This document shows, in pieces, positions 8,959 through 19,543 of a stretch of DNA of 64,000 bases (the first letter of the stretch is position 1; the number at the start of each line of letters is the position of its first letter). Position numbers and translations under genes: made by a program. Under the pieces are notes generated by a model, which worked only from the letters and a program-made list of their open reading frames with translations, did no database searches and was not told the origin of the DNA. Origin of the DNA: a candidate division WOR-3 bacterium (GTDB lineage: Bacteria; Hydrothermota; Tepidihabitantia; Tepidihabitantales; Tepidihabitantaceae); NCBI GenBank assembly GCA_037441285.1, contig JBBISL010000002.1, positions 1 to 64,000 of the forward strand, given 5' to 3'.

Positions 8959-10602
8959 TCATTTGCCCATTTTCTGCAAAAACTCCCGAAATCGCTGGTT
9001 CTCCGGCATTAACCGGCAGGCAGATTCAATTGCCCAAAGCGCCGAATCGGCCTGTTTGTTAATCCAGTAAAGCTGCGATAGGTTGTAAAATGCCACTCCA
9101 TCATCAGGTGCCATCTCACAGGCAACTTTTAACATAGCAATCGCCTGTTTGATTTTTCCTTCCCGATAAAGCAGCAGTCCAAGGTTCACATAAGCGGGGG
9201 CATAATCCGGCCGGCGCCGGATGATTTGCCGGTACAACTCCTCCGCCTCAGTAAATCGGCCCCCTTTTTGCAATAATGCCCCAAGATTCAGTGCCGCACC
9301 CACCGCTTCGGAATCAACTGCCACCGCCTGACTGAAAACGGAAATTGCGTCGCTGGTGTCGCCTTGAGCAAGCAATGCGGTCCCGAGATTGTAATAACTG
9401 GGCGCATACCCTGGCATCTCTTCAACCATCTTGGAAAATAACGGAACTTCGTCTCGCCAATAACCCAACCGCTTGAACATCGCCGGCAATCCGGCAACGC
9501 ACCCCAGTAACACCAGCCCGGTTAAAATTCGCCCCGGTTTCGGTTTTGTTTCCCGAAAATTTTCCAACACAATTGCCAGCAACAATGCCATTCCGATTCC
9601 CGGCAGATAGAGCAGCCTTCCCGCCGGACCAAACTGAATGCTCCAGGCAAATGGCGGCAGTGTTACCGTCACCCATAGCCATGCTAACACCAACAAACGG
9701 GAAAATTTAACTTTTCTTACCGCGAGCGGAATTAACAACCAGCCCACTCCCAAAATGCCGGCTGCCACTAACCGGTCGCTTGGAGTAAACTGTCCCCAAA
9801 ACAACGGCGTGCGCAATGGAAAAAGAAAAAATGTCAACTGGCGACCAAAACTGTTCAGGGTAAACAAAATCATCGAACTCAAATTCGCCGGAGCGCGCAC
9901 CCCTAAAAAACTTTTCAGAACAAAAAACCTTGCCCCAAGATAAATCGCCAGCAGCCCTACCAGCGTTATTAACAACCACCACCCCGCCCTTTTCCGAACT
10001 GAGTGCGTCACAACCCCCAATCCGGCAACCACGATAAACAGAACCGCACTTTCTTTTGAAAACACCGCAATAGCAAAACCAACCGCCATCAGCAAAAGCG
10101 CTTTCCCGTCAACTTTTTCTAAATAACGATAACCGGCAATCGCGGCAACAACCACGCCGAAAGTCGCCCACAAATCGGTTCGGCCACTGATATAGGCGAC
10201 GCTATCAACAAAAAGCGGATGAAGACCAAAGAAAAAACCGGCAACGCCCGCAATCAAACTTGACTTCACCAGCCAGAAAAAGAGCAACGCAATTAGAAAA
10301 GTAATAACACCGTGAAGCAGCACATTACTCAAATGAAACCATCCCGGCTTAAGACCAAAAAGTTGCCGTTCTAATTTAAGAGTGAAATTAACCCAGGGTC
10401 GGTAATAAGGGTCTTCGCCCAGATGAGTTTTGCTGTCGTGCCAGAAACTGTGACCGAACGATGTCAAAAGACCGCTTTTGCTATAGACTACTAAATTGAC
10501 ATCATCCCAGACAAATTGATATCGGAGTGTAGGTAAGTACACCAGCACCGCCAGCAGCGCCGGAGCAACTAAATACCACCACTCCCTTGGGCACCACTTC
10601 AC
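8959..10602 (-). CDS. TMTC-like GT-C membrane protein with C-terminal TPR repeats
   Basis: FVWDD, YYRP, HLSNVLLH, HPLFVDSVAYISGRTDL, SKESA, then about five TPRs (YNLG, LNLG, VNLG, YNLS). Confidence 0.8.
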   Translation of the reverse strand: MKWCPREWWYLVAPALLAVLVYLPTLRYQFVWDDVNLVVYSKSGLLTSFGHSFWHDSKTHLGEDPYYRPWVNFTLKLERQLFGLKPGWFHLSNVLLHGVITFLIALLFFWLVKSSLIAGVAGFFFGLHPLFVDSVAYISGRTDLWATFGVVVAAIAGYRYLEKVDGKALLLMAVGFAIAVFSKESAVLFIVVAGLGVVTHSVRKRAGWWLLITLVGLLAIYLGARFFVLKSFLGVRAPANLSSMILFTLNSFGRQLTFFLFPLRTPLFWGQFTPSDRLVAAGILGVGWLLIPLAVRKVKFSRLLVLAWLWVTVTLPPFAWSIQFGPAGRLLYLPGIGMALLLAIVLENFRETKPKPGRILTGLVLLGCVAGLPAMFKRLGYWRDEVPLFSKMVEEMPGYAPSYYNLGTALLAQGDTSDAISVFSQAVAVDSEAVGAALNLGALLQKGGRFTEAEELYRQIIRRRPDYAPAYVNLGLLLYREGKIKQAIAMLKVACEMAPDDGVAFYNLSQLYWINKQADSALWAIESACRLMPENQRFREFLQKMGK

Positions 10603-11228
10603 TGCCGGGTCTTTTTCAAAATCTGGTATTCAACCAACTCCTCACGCTGAAACAACTCATACATTGTATCGCCCCGACGCCAGCGTTGAACCTTCTCCCG
10701 CTTCACCGTGCCCAATCCGGGTAAAAGCCAGAGCGTCTGGTGAAACTCCACTTTATTGCTTTTCGTCTCCAGTTTATAACAGTTCTGAAACCTGCCGGCT
10801 GGGACATCTACGGAGTCAAGTGCCACGACCTCGGTCAACTCCCTTTCGGCTTCACTATCATACCAGCGGTCGCCCACCTTTAAAGGCTGCCGCAGGTATA
10901 AAATCCGCTCCGGCTTTCCACCGCGACCCGGCACAATTTTGAATATCGTATCGCCCTGGCGGTCATAAAAATAGACCGTTTTCTTGCCGGAATCAAGCGG
11001 CGCCTCCACCACCCAAACCTTGCCCAATTGGGGCACATCCTTGATTCCCCGCACAACCTCGGTAACCCGCACCTCATTATGCACCGTGGTATCCTTGTCC
11101 ACAACCTTGTGTTCATAAACCTTCATAATGCGCACCGCACCCGGCACCAGCGGAAAGAAATCTAAACGCTGCCGGCGACAGCCAACAAACAAAACCAGCC
11201 CGGTAATAACGAGCGTCAGTATCCTCAT
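10599..11228 (-). CDS. Hypothetical lipoprotein (beta-rich, VPAGRF motif)
   Basis: Start ATG 11228 gives a signal peptide with lipobox LFVGC; contains VDVPAGRFQNCYK and WLLPGLGTVK. Confidence 0.7.
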   Translation of the reverse strand: MRILTLVITGLVLFVGCRRQRLDFFPLVPGAVRIMKVYEHKVVDKDTTVHNEVRVTEVVRGIKDVPQLGKVWVVEAPLDSGKKTVYFYDRQGDTIFKIVPGRGGKPERILYLRQPLKVGDRWYDSEAERELTEVVALDSVDVPAGRFQNCYKLETKSNKVEFHQTLWLLPGLGTVKREKVQRWRRGDTMYELFQREELVEYQILKKTRQ

Positions 11229-11235
11229 ACCATCA

Positions 11236-11263
11236 AGACTAACCGCCGGCGTCGGGCTGTCAA
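11236..11263 (-). promoter_or_regulatory. sigma70-type promoter, leaderless to ATG 11228
   Basis: TTGACA(11263-11258)-16-TAGTCT(11241-11236)-7 nt-ATG. Confidence 0.55.
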
Positions 11264-11307
11264 TAAAAATGACGCTGCCCGCCCTTTGATTTGTCACGAT
11301 TCGCCTT

Positions 11308-11709
11308 CTAAACCCGGTCGGGAAATTTCGCCTTCAAATAGTCAACAATCTCCTCCGTTGGTGTCCCCGGACCAAAAAGTTTACCACAACCCATCCGGTA
11401 AAGTTGTTCCATATCCTCCTGCGGTATTATCCCGCCGCCGAACACCAGTATGTCCCCACCGCCCTTCTCCTTTAATAAACGCATCACCTCCGGAAAAAGC
11501 GTCATATGGGCACCGGAAAGAATCGAAAGCCCCACCGCATCAACATCCTCTTGAATCGCCGCTTCGGCAATCATCTCCGGTGTCTGGTGTAAACCGGTGT
11601 AAATTACCTCAAAACCGGCGTCCCGGAGTGCCCGTGCCACCACCTTTGCACCCCGGTCATGACCATCCAGTCCGGGTTTTGCAATAAGAATTCTCAGTTT
11701 CTTTGCCAT
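11308..11709 (-). CDS. Acyl-CoA mutase small, B12-binding subunit (IcmB-like)
   Basis: [10 protein letters not shown] (DxHxxG), [20 protein letters not shown]. Confidence 0.93.
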   Translation of the reverse strand: MAKKLRILIAKPGLDGHDRGAKVVARALRDAGFEVIYTGLHQTPEMIAEAAIQEDVDAVGLSILSGAHMTLFPEVMRLLKEKGGGDILVFGGGIIPQEDMEQLYRMGCGKLFGPGTPTEEIVDYLKAKFPDRV

Positions 11710-11717
11710 TTCACCTC

Positions 11718-13376
11718 CTAAAACATCGGCGGTTCCTTATAAGTGCCAAATATTTCCTTCATCGCTCCACAGATTTCTCCTAATGTTGCATAAGCCCGCA
11801 CCGCCTCCAGAATCGCGTGCATAACATTGTCCTTACCGGCGCAGGCGTCCTTTAAGTCCTTAAGCGTCCTCTGTACCCGGGCGTTATCCCGGCGCTGCCT
11901 TAACCGGGCTAACCGCTCGCACTGCTCCTTTTCCACTTCGGGTTCAATCTTGAGAATTGGAATCTCCAGTTTTTCTCCTTCCAGCACATATTTGTTGACC
12001 CCAACCACCGTCCTGATTTTTTCGTCAACCGCCTTTTGGTAGCGGTAAGCGGCTTCGGCAATCTCGCGCTGGGGAAAACCGTGTTCAATCGCCTTAACCA
12101 TCCCGCCTAACGCATCGATCTTCTCAAAATACTCGTAAGCCTGACGTTCCATTTCATTGGTCAGGTGCTCCACATAATAAGAACCACCTAACGGGTCAAT
12201 CACATTCACAACGCCGGTCTCCTCGGCAATAATCTGCTGCGTCCGGAGGGCAATCAAAACCGCCTTTTCGGTTGGCAGTGCCCAGGTTTCATCCATCGAA
12301 TTGGTATGCAAACTCTGCGTCCCTCCCAGCACCGCAGCCAGCGCCTGAAACGCCGTGCGGACGATGTTATTTTCGGGTTGTTGCGCCGTCAATGTGCAGC
12401 CGGCAGTCTGGGTGTGGAACCGTAAAAGCCAGGATTCGGGTTTTTTCGCTTTGAAGGTCTCGCGCATTTCCCTTGCCCAGATGCGCCGCGCCGCACGAAA
12501 CTTGGCAATCTCCTCAAAGAAATCAAGATGGGAGTTGAAGAAGAAGGAAAGCCGCGGCGCAAACGAATCAACATCCAGCCCGGCTTTGATACCCGCCTCC
12601 ACATAGGTCATCCCATCTTTCAGGGTAAACGCCAATTCCTGCACCGCGGTGGAACCTGCCTCCCGAATGTGATAACCGGAGATTGAAATCGTGTTCCATT
12701 TCGGCACTCGCTCGGCACCAAATGCCATGATATCGGTGATGATGCGCAGACTGGGCTCGGGCGGGAAAAGCCACGACTTCTGGGCAATGTACTCCTTGAG
12801 GATGTCATTCTGAATTGTCCCACGCAGCTTCTCACTCGGAACCCCCTGTTTTTCTGCCGCAACGATATAAAACGCCCAGAGTACCGCTGCCGGACCGTTT
12901 ATCGTCATCGAAGTCGAAACCTCACCCAGCGGAATACCTTCAAACAGCGTCTCCATATCCTCGAGCGATGAAATGGCAACCCCGCATTTACCCACCTCGC
13001 CGCGTGCCATCGGGTCGTCGGAATCGCGGCCATAGAGCGTCGGAAAGTCAAATGCGACCGAAAGCCCGGTCTCACCGTGTGCCAGAAGAAACTTGTATCG
13101 GGCATTGGTCTGGCGCGCGGTTCCGAACCCGGAAAACTGCCGCATCGTCCATAATCGGCCCCGGTACATATTCCGCCTGACACCGCGCGTGAACGGATAT
13201 TCGCCCGGAAAACCGAGGTCCTGCAAATAATTCAGCTCCTTTATATCCGCCGGTGTATAAATGATATCAATGGGCAAACCCGATACGGTCAAAAACCGGT
13301 TCGGGTCACCTTTATCAACACAACTCTCCCAGCGCTCCTTTTCTTCTCTTATCTTTTCCACATCATCCTGCGCCAT
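11718..13376 (-). CDS. Acyl-CoA mutase large subunit, probably isobutyryl-CoA mutase (IcmA-like)
   Basis: [47 protein letters not shown]; Phe81/Gln199 at the specificity positions. Confidence 0.88.
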   Translation of the reverse strand: MAQDDVEKIREEKERWESCVDKGDPNRFLTVSGLPIDIIYTPADIKELNYLQDLGFPGEYPFTRGVRRNMYRGRLWTMRQFSGFGTARQTNARYKFLLAHGETGLSVAFDFPTLYGRDSDDPMARGEVGKCGVAISSLEDMETLFEGIPLGEVSTSMTINGPAAVLWAFYIVAAEKQGVPSEKLRGTIQNDILKEYIAQKSWLFPPEPSLRIITDIMAFGAERVPKWNTISISGYHIREAGSTAVQELAFTLKDGMTYVEAGIKAGLDVDSFAPRLSFFFNSHLDFFEEIAKFRAARRIWAREMRETFKAKKPESWLLRFHTQTAGCTLTAQQPENNIVRTAFQALAAVLGGTQSLHTNSMDETWALPTEKAVLIALRTQQIIAEETGVVNVIDPLGGSYYVEHLTNEMERQAYEYFEKIDALGGMVKAIEHGFPQREIAEAAYRYQKAVDEKIRTVVGVNKYVLEGEKLEIPILKIEPEVEKEQCERLARLRQRRDNARVQRTLKDLKDACAGKDNVMHAILEAVRAYATLGEICGAMKEIFGTYKEPPMF

Positions 13377-13486
13377 TACACCTCCCTTTTCCAGATGCTA
13401 AAAATACCGCTAAACATTCATTGCCCGCTCGGGATAACAGATTTGTGCTCAATCTGCAACTGTTTACCACTTCTCCTCCTCCCGAA

Positions 13487-14446
13487 TCATCCCTTTATCA
13501 CCTTTTCCCAGATCAGCGCAGCGGCTTGATAAGGAGAAATCCTACGACTCTCAACCTCATTCAGAAGTTGTTCAACAAAACTACTCAATTCCGGCTTGGA
13601 GAAAAACTCCCGCCGTAACCTCTCTTCAACAATTCGCTCAATCTCCATCCGCAGCGCCTGGCGTCGCCGCATCGTAAGCTGCGCCGTCTTCTCCTGATGT
13701 TGCCGATGCGCAACAACCTGCTGCAAAAGCTCCTCAACACCAGCACCGGTTGTCGCAATCGTTTTAATCACCGGCGGGAACCAGCCATCGTTCTTCGCCC
13801 GCATCTCAAGCATCGTCCTTATCTCAAGAACCATTCGGTCCGCACCTTCCCGGTCACCCTTATTCACACAGTAAATCTCCCCAATCTCCATCAAACCCGC
13901 CTTCAAAGTCTGAATTGCATCACCCGACTCCGGCACCAGCACCACAATCGTCGAATCTGCCGCCTCGGCGATATCCAGCTCCATCTGTCCCACACCCACG
14001 GTCTCGATTATGATGTAATTCTTCCCGAACGCATCCAGCACATCACACACCTCTTTGGTCTTGGTCGCCAGCCCGCCTAAACTCCCCCGTGTTGCCATCG
14101 AGCGAATATATACTCCGGGGTCGGTAAAAAGCCCGCTCATCCGAACCCGGTCCCCCAGCACCGCACCGCCCGAAAAAGGCGAACTCGGGTCCACAGCAAC
14201 GATACCAACAGTTTTCCCGGCATTCCGAAACGCCTGAGCCAGTTTCTCTACCAGTGTGCTCTTGCCCGCACCCGGAGGACCGGTAACACCAATCCGATAC
14301 GCCTTGCCCATCAAAGGATAAAGTGCATTAAGGAGCAAAGTCCCTTCAGGAAAATTGTTTTCAACCAGCGAAATTATCTGCCCGCAGGCGCGGCGGTCGC
14401 CTTTGCGAAAACGGGTTAACAACTCATCAATGGTCAATGCCGACAC
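13487..14446 (-). CDS. meaB: Mutase-associated G-protein chaperone MeaB
   Basis: GVTGPPGAGKST, AVDPSSPFSGGAVLGDRVRM, ETVGVGQ, NKGD. Confidence 0.95.
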   Translation of the reverse strand: MSALTIDELLTRFRKGDRRACGQIISLVENNFPEGTLLLNALYPLMGKAYRIGVTGPPGAGKSTLVEKLAQAFRNAGKTVGIVAVDPSSPFSGGAVLGDRVRMSGLFTDPGVYIRSMATRGSLGGLATKTKEVCDVLDAFGKNYIIIETVGVGQMELDIAEAADSTIVVLVPESGDAIQTLKAGLMEIGEIYCVNKGDREGADRMVLEIRTMLEMRAKNDGWFPPVIKTIATTGAGVEELLQQVVAHRQHQEKTAQLTMRRRQALRMEIERIVEERLRREFFSKPELSSFVEQLLNEVESRRISPYQAAALIWEKVIKG

Positions 14447-14936
14447 GATTTACAACCCCTTTTTGAAACGGATGTTTAACTTCGCGCACCTCGCTCACCA
14501 AATCGGCAACCGCAATTAACTCGGCCGGGGCATTCCTGCCGGTCAAAACTAATTCCACCTCCCGGGGGCAATCCTTGACAATCTCTAACACCTCGCTCAA
14601 AGAAACCAGCCCGTAATCAATTGCCACATTGACCTCATCCAGAATCACCATCTGATACCTTCTTCCCTTTATCGCCTCCTTAGCAAACTTCAGCCCCTTT
14701 TGCGCCAGTCGGACATCCTCCTCATCCGGGCTACCCCTTTTGACGAAGGTCTTCAATCCAAACTGGTGCAGTTCAATCCCGGGAACAAACTTTACCGCCT
14801 TAACTTCACCATATTCCGGGTCACCCTTCATAAATTGGACAATTAACACCCGCCAGTTATGACCGGCGGCGCGCAGCGCCAGCCCAAATGCCGCGGTCGT
14901 TTTCCCTTTTCCATCGCCGGTATAAACTTCTATCAC
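14427..14936 (-). CDS. cobO: Cob(I)yrinic acid a,c-diamide adenosyltransferase (CobO/BtuR)
   Basis: YTGDGKGKTTAAFG, QFMKG, ILDE, LTGR, KHPF. Confidence 0.93.
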   Translation of the reverse strand: MIEVYTGDGKGKTTAAFGLALRAAGHNWRVLIVQFMKGDPEYGEVKAVKFVPGIELHQFGLKTFVKRGSPDEEDVRLAQKGLKFAKEAIKGRRYQMVILDEVNVAIDYGLVSLSEVLEIVKDCPREVELVLTGRNAPAELIAVADLVSEVREVKHPFQKGVVNRVGIDH

Positions 14937-14942
14937 ACCCTG

Positions 14943-14971
14943 ATTCTATGAAAAGTAAGATTTTCAGTCAA
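14943..14971 (-). promoter_or_regulatory. sigma70-type promoter, leaderless to cobO GTG
   Basis: TTGACT(14971-14966)-17-TAGAAT(14948-14943)-6 nt-GTG 14936. Confidence 0.65.
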
Positions 14972-14993
14972 CCCTAAACTGTCTGAATACCTT

Positions 14994-15500
14994 TCAGTTA
15001 ACATCCGGATTAAAATCCGGACCCAATTTTGCCTTAAATAGTAAGTTCAACAGCGCATTCCAGGTTTTGAAATAAAACACCTCCCGGGCAATTGGCGCAT
15101 TGACCAGATTCGCTGCCACCGCCCCATTAGGACCCTGGGACTCAATAATCAATCTCAGTACCATATGAGCGATTACAACACCGGCACCAAACCCCCAGAC
15201 AAATCCGAAGAAACCATCTAACGACTCAAAACTCCAGCCGGTCAAACCGAAAAGCCAGCGGGCAACAACAAATCCAATTACCGCAAACACAATAAAAAGA
15301 ATTATCAGCATCACAAGCCGCTGAACCCCAACCATCTCGGCAAGCGAACCCGAAAGATTAACCGCGCCCACCGCCGCCACAACCAACCCTCCCAGCTCAA
15401 ATAGAGTCAACCCCATTCCCCCGGCTTTACTTGTCCGTATCGTCTGGATTATCGCCACTCCTAAAACAATCCCTAACGCCATCCAGTCATACCAGAACAT
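14994..15500 (-). CDS. CvpA-like membrane protein
   Basis: Four hydrophobic segments, N-terminal WYDW, LDGFFGFVWG; AGGAGG SD before ATG 15500. Confidence 0.6.
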   Translation of the reverse strand: MFWYDWMALGIVLGVAIIQTIRTSKAGGMGLTLFELGGLVVAAVGAVNLSGSLAEMVGVQRLVMLIILFIVFAVIGFVVARWLFGLTGWSFESLDGFFGFVWGFGAGVVIAHMVLRLIIESQGPNGAVAANLVNAPIAREVFYFKTWNALLNLLFKAKLGPDFNPDVN

Positions 15501-15518
15501 CTTTCCTCCTTTGAGCAA

Positions 15519-15818
15519 TTAATCGATATCAACCTCATCACCCTCATCCAGATTATCCTCACCACCAAAATCCTCATCCAGTTCGCTCATATCCTCACAA
15601 AAATCTTCATTTCCCTCGATATCCTCATCGATACCCTCATCAAAATCCACTTCACCTTTTGACCCCCCAACAACCGTAAACCGGCCAAAAACCTGGTGCA
15701 CCTTTGCCCCGCCACAATTAGGGCAAACCGGTGCCAGACCCGCCTCCTTCTCTGCCAGAGTAGCGACAATGTCAAACTTGTGACCGCAATCATCACAACT
15801 GAACTCATAAACCGGCAT
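15519..15818 (-). CDS. FmdB-family zinc-ribbon protein with acidic tail
   Basis: MPVYEFSCDDCGHKF...CPNCG; SD AAGGAGG. Confidence 0.85.
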   Translation of the reverse strand: MPVYEFSCDDCGHKFDIVATLAEKEAGLAPVCPNCGGAKVHQVFGRFTVVGGSKGEVDFDEGIDEDIEGNEDFCEDMSELDEDFGGEDNLDEGDEVDID

Positions 15819-16002
15819 ATAGCGCCTCCTTATCTATTTAGTGTGTATATAATTGTATTATCCAAAAGCGGTCGCCTTGTCAACATATTGTAACTACCAT
15901 CCGAGAACCTAACCCTTGAAAAAGATTCAGTTACTGATAGGGCAAACTATTTCAGGATTCACCCATTAAAGAGTTCATAAACTCGTCTCACAAGAGCCTC
16001 CG

Positions 16003-16080
16003 AAACCACTCCGGGAGTCGCTCCCAGAGCCGTTCCCCGACTCAGATACAGACTGATTCTGAGAGTGAATCACTGAACCC
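16003..16080. repeat. Degenerate 12-bp periodic tract
   Basis: aaaccactccgg/gagtcgctccca/gagccgttcccc/gactcagataca/gactgattctga/gagtgaatcact/gaaccc. Confidence 0.35.
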
Positions 16081-16244
16081 TTATCCCCGCCCTATCGCAG
16101 ACAGTTTCCAGATCGATATTAACAACCGCTCGCAGTGCTAATTTATTGACTTCTAATGGTATAACATAACAGGTGGAATATAGAACAATTTTTGGTTATC
16201 GCCTTAAGTTATCAGCGCCCGATGATACAACAAAACATTTCTGC

Positions 16245-16273
16245 TTGACACTGACTTAATTACACCCTATACT
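16245..16273 (+). promoter_or_regulatory. Near-consensus sigma70 promoter of the acs operon
   Basis: TTGACA-17-TATACT, followed by AAGGAGG SD before ATG 16322. Confidence 0.8.
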
Positions 16274-16321
16274 ACAAAACTGTTTATAAGAAGAATTTTA
16301 TTAAAAATCAAAGGAGGATAA

Positions 16322-18223
16322 ATGGCAGCTGAACCGAACTTTTACGAGCCACCAAAGGAGTTGGTGGAGAACTCCAATGTGATGGCGTTTATGAAGAAGC
16401 ACGGCATCAAAACCCTGGATGAACTCCTGGAACGGGCGCGCAACCTTGATTGGTACTGGGGCGAAATGGCAAAGGAACTGGAATGGTTTAAACCCTGGGA
16501 AAAGGTTCTCGATGAATCCCAGGCTCCATTCTATAAGTGGTTTATCGGTGGCAAATTCAACATCGCCTGTAACTGTGTTGACCGGCATATGAAGACCGCG
16601 GTCAAAGACAAAGTCGCCTACATCTACCACTCGGAACCAGGCGAAGTGGAAAAATGGACCTATGCCCAACTTTATAAAGAGGTTAACAAACTGGCAAACG
16701 CCCTAAAGCGTCTTGGCGTGAAAAAGGGCGACCGGGTGACGATATTTATGCCGATGATTCCCCAGTTACCGGTGGCGATGCTCGCCTGTGCCAAAATCGG
16801 CGCGATTCATTCGGTAGTGTTCTCCGGATTCTCCTCTGCCTCGCTGCGCGACCGTATTCAGGATGCCGACGCGAAGGTTTTAATAACCACCGATGGCGCC
16901 TATCGCCGGGGTAAACTCGTCACCCTGAAGGCAAACGCTGACCCGGCACTCGCCGAATCGCCATCCATCGAACACTGCATCGTATTTAAGCGTGCTGGTA
17001 ATCCGGTGGATATGAAACCGGGCCGCGACCTCTGGTGGCACGAAATCACCAAAAAGGAGTCGGACGAATGTCCAACCGAACCGCTCGATGCCGAGGATAT
17101 CCTGTATATCCTGTACACCTCAGGCACCACCGGCAAACCCAAAGGTGTTGTTCATGTCCACGGCGGCTATGCGGTTGGCACCTACACCACATTGAAATTT
17201 GTATTTGACATCAAACCCGATGACATCTACTGGTGTGCCGCTGACATCGGCTGGGTTACGGGCCACTCTTACATCGTGTACGCACCGCTGATGTTGGGTG
17301 CCACCTCCATTCTTTACGAAGGCGCGCCCGACTATCCGGCACCAGACCGCTGGTGGTCAATCATCGAGAAGGAAAAGGTAACAATTCTCTACACCTCACC
17401 TACCGCCATCCGAATGTTTATGCGCTTTGGTGAAGAGTACCCGGCAAAACACAACCTCTCCTCGCTACGCTTACTCGGTTCAGTTGGCGAACCAATCAAC
17501 CCTGAAGCGTGGCGCTGGTACCGCAAACACATCGGTGGTGATAAACTTCAAATTATGGACACCTGGTGGCAAACCGAAACCGGTTCATTCGTAATTTCAC
17601 CTCTGCCCATAACCCCATTAAAACCCGGTTCCGCAACTCGACCGCTGCCCGGATTCTCCGCCGATGTCGTGGACCAGAATGGCAATCCGGTCAAACCGAA
17701 CGAAAATGGCTTTGCGGTCATCCTCCGACCCTGGCCCTCAATGCTTCGCACTTTGTACAAAGACCCGGACCGTTATGTCCAATCCTACTGGTCTCGGTTC
17801 AAGGGCAAATACCTCACCGGTGACTCCTGTACCCGAGATGAAGACGGCTACTTCTGGTTCCGGGGCCGCGCCGATGAGGTGCTCAATGTTGCCGGACACC
17901 GCCTCGGCACCGCTGAAATTGAGTCAGCACTCGTTGCCCATCCTGCGGTTGCCGAAGCCGCGGTCATCGGTATCCCGGACGAAATCAAAGGCGATGTTCC
18001 GAAGGCTTATGTGACCCTCAAAGTTGGGTTCCAGCCCAGCGATGCCCTTGTTGAAGAACTGAAAAAATGGGTCTCGCAGGAAATCGGACCAATCGCCCGG
18101 CCCGAATCTATCGAGTTCCGGGACAAACTGCCCAAAACCCGCTCGGGTAAAATCATGCGCCGACTACTTAAAGCCGAGGCTCTGGGCAAGCCGATTGGCG
18201 ATATCTCAACCTTAGATGAGTAG
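16322..18223 (+). CDS. acs: Acetate--CoA ligase (AMP-forming)
   Basis: [53 protein letters not shown]. Confidence 0.96.
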   Translation: MAAEPNFYEPPKELVENSNVMAFMKKHGIKTLDELLERARNLDWYWGEMAKELEWFKPWEKVLDESQAPFYKWFIGGKFNIACNCVDRHMKTAVKDKVAYIYHSEPGEVEKWTYAQLYKEVNKLANALKRLGVKKGDRVTIFMPMIPQLPVAMLACAKIGAIHSVVFSGFSSASLRDRIQDADAKVLITTDGAYRRGKLVTLKANADPALAESPSIEHCIVFKRAGNPVDMKPGRDLWWHEITKKESDECPTEPLDAEDILYILYTSGTTGKPKGVVHVHGGYAVGTYTTLKFVFDIKPDDIYWCAADIGWVTGHSYIVYAPLMLGATSILYEGAPDYPAPDRWWSIIEKEKVTILYTSPTAIRMFMRFGEEYPAKHNLSSLRLLGSVGEPINPEAWRWYRKHIGGDKLQIMDTWWQTETGSFVISPLPITPLKPGSATRPLPGFSADVVDQNGNPVKPNENGFAVILRPWPSMLRTLYKDPDRYVQSYWSRFKGKYLTGDSCTRDEDGYFWFRGRADEVLNVAGHRLGTAEIESALVAHPAVAEAAVIGIPDEIKGDVPKAYVTLKVGFQPSDALVEELKKWVSQEIGPIARPESIEFRDKLPKTRSGKIMRRLLKAEALGKPIGDISTLDE

Positions 18224-18230
18224 CACCGAA

Positions 18231-18261
18231 ACCGGGGCGTTTGAAAACCAGACGCCCCGGT
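18231..18261 (+). other. Intercistronic 13-bp stem-loop between acs and the MFS gene
   Basis: ACCGGGGCGTTTG-AAAAC-CAGACGCCCCGGT; no U-tract, so an mRNA stabiliser or partial terminator. Confidence 0.65.
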
Positions 18262-18295
18262 CCAATTTCAACCCAAATTCAAAAGGAGGCTGTTC

Positions 18296-19525
18296 GTGAG
18301 TGAAAGTAAACCTTTCAATCGCTGGTTTATCGTCGTTGGTGCAATCCTGATTCAACTCTGCCTCGGTGCAATCTACGCTTGGAGTGTTTTCCGCAAACCG
18401 CTCGAGGGCAGCCTGCAGATAACCGCCACCCAGGCTTCCCTTCCCTTTTCGTTTGTTCTCATCTTCTTTGCTCTGGCAACGGTTATCGGTGGCCGCCTTC
18501 AAGACAAATTTGGTCCTCGAGTTGTCGCCATTATTGGTGGCGTCTTGCTTGCCGCCGGTATGATTCTCGCAAGTTTTGCCCAGAACATCGTAATGCTTAT
18601 CGTTGCCTACGGCGTCGTTTCCGGTATCGGTATCGGTTTTGCCTATGTCTGTCCCATTTCTGCCGGTGTCAAATGGTTTCCGGACAAAAGAGGGTTAATA
18701 ACCGGTCTGGCGGTTGCTGGCTTTGGTGCCGGCGCCCTTATTGTCGGACCACTTGCCCGGGCGATGATTGACAACATCGGACCATTTCTAACCTTTCGCT
18801 ATCTGGGTATCGCTTATTTTGTCTTAATCCTTATCGGTGCCCTGATTTTAAGAAATCCGCCTGCCGGTTATCGTCCTGCCGGCTGGAATCCTCAAACCGC
18901 AACCCGAACTCAGCCCCTTGCCGACTTCTCTGCCGGTCAGATGATGAAAACAGCCCAGTTCTGGCTTATCTGGCTAACCTATTTTGCCGGATGCGCTGCC
19001 GGATTGATGATTATCGGTCAAACTTCTCCCATTGCCCAGGAGATGGCTCGTTTTAGTAAAGAAACCGCCGCCATCGGTGTCAGCGTCCTTGCGATTTTTA
19101 ACACCCTCGGAAGAATCTTCTGGGGAAGGGTCTCCGATAGTATCGGTAGAGCCCGAGCCTTATCGTTGATGTTTCTCATCAACACCATTGCCATCATCGG
19201 CTACTTCTTGATTCCCGCGTTACCGGCAATTTTCTGGCTCGGGATTGCTCTGGTCGGTTCCAGTTTCGGCGGCTACCTCGCAATTTACCCGGCGGTCACC
19301 GCCGACTACTATGGGACAAAAAATTCCGGAATCAACTATGGTTTGGTTTTCACCGCTTATGGTGTCGGGGGTTTACTCTCCAATATCTTTGCCCCGAGGA
19401 TGAAAGAGATTACCGGCAACTACAATGCTGCGTTTATCGTCACCGCCTTGTTATGCTTTGTTGCCGCCCTGATTGTCTTCTTTTTCTTAAAAGCGCCGAG
19501 CCCACGGTTAAAACCAACCACTTAA
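18296..19525 (+). CDS. MFS transporter, oxalate:formate antiporter / monocarboxylate family
   Basis: GAIYAWSVF, GRLQDKFGPR, KWFPDKRGLITGLAVAGFGAG, GRIFWGRVSD, NYGLVFTAYG. Confidence 0.9.
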   Translation: MSESKPFNRWFIVVGAILIQLCLGAIYAWSVFRKPLEGSLQITATQASLPFSFVLIFFALATVIGGRLQDKFGPRVVAIIGGVLLAAGMILASFAQNIVMLIVAYGVVSGIGIGFAYVCPISAGVKWFPDKRGLITGLAVAGFGAGALIVGPLARAMIDNIGPFLTFRYLGIAYFVLILIGALILRNPPAGYRPAGWNPQTATRTQPLADFSAGQMMKTAQFWLIWLTYFAGCAAGLMIIGQTSPIAQEMARFSKETAAIGVSVLAIFNTLGRIFWGRVSDSIGRARALSLMFLINTIAIIGYFLIPALPAIFWLGIALVGSSFGGYLAIYPAVTADYYGTKNSGINYGLVFTAYGVGGLLSNIFAPRMKEITGNYNAAFIVTALLCFVAALIVFFFLKAPSPRLKPTT

Positions 19526-19543
19526 ACTGAAAGGAGTTAGAAG

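Noticed and set aside
11718..13376. Calling the mutase methylmalonyl-CoA mutase
   Set aside because: Phe/Gln replace the Tyr/Arg pair that binds the substrate carboxylate, and no epimerase gene is adjacent.
13377..13486. Possible cobalamin riboswitch between meaB and the mutase large subunit
   Set aside because: Only 110 nt. It has a small hairpin (CAGATT-N7-AATCTG) but no recognisable B12 box or other conserved riboswitch core.
16054..16068. Three in-register TGA codons suggesting recoding or selenocysteine
   Set aside because: No start codon or protein-like context, and TGA is a normal stop for many genes in the window.
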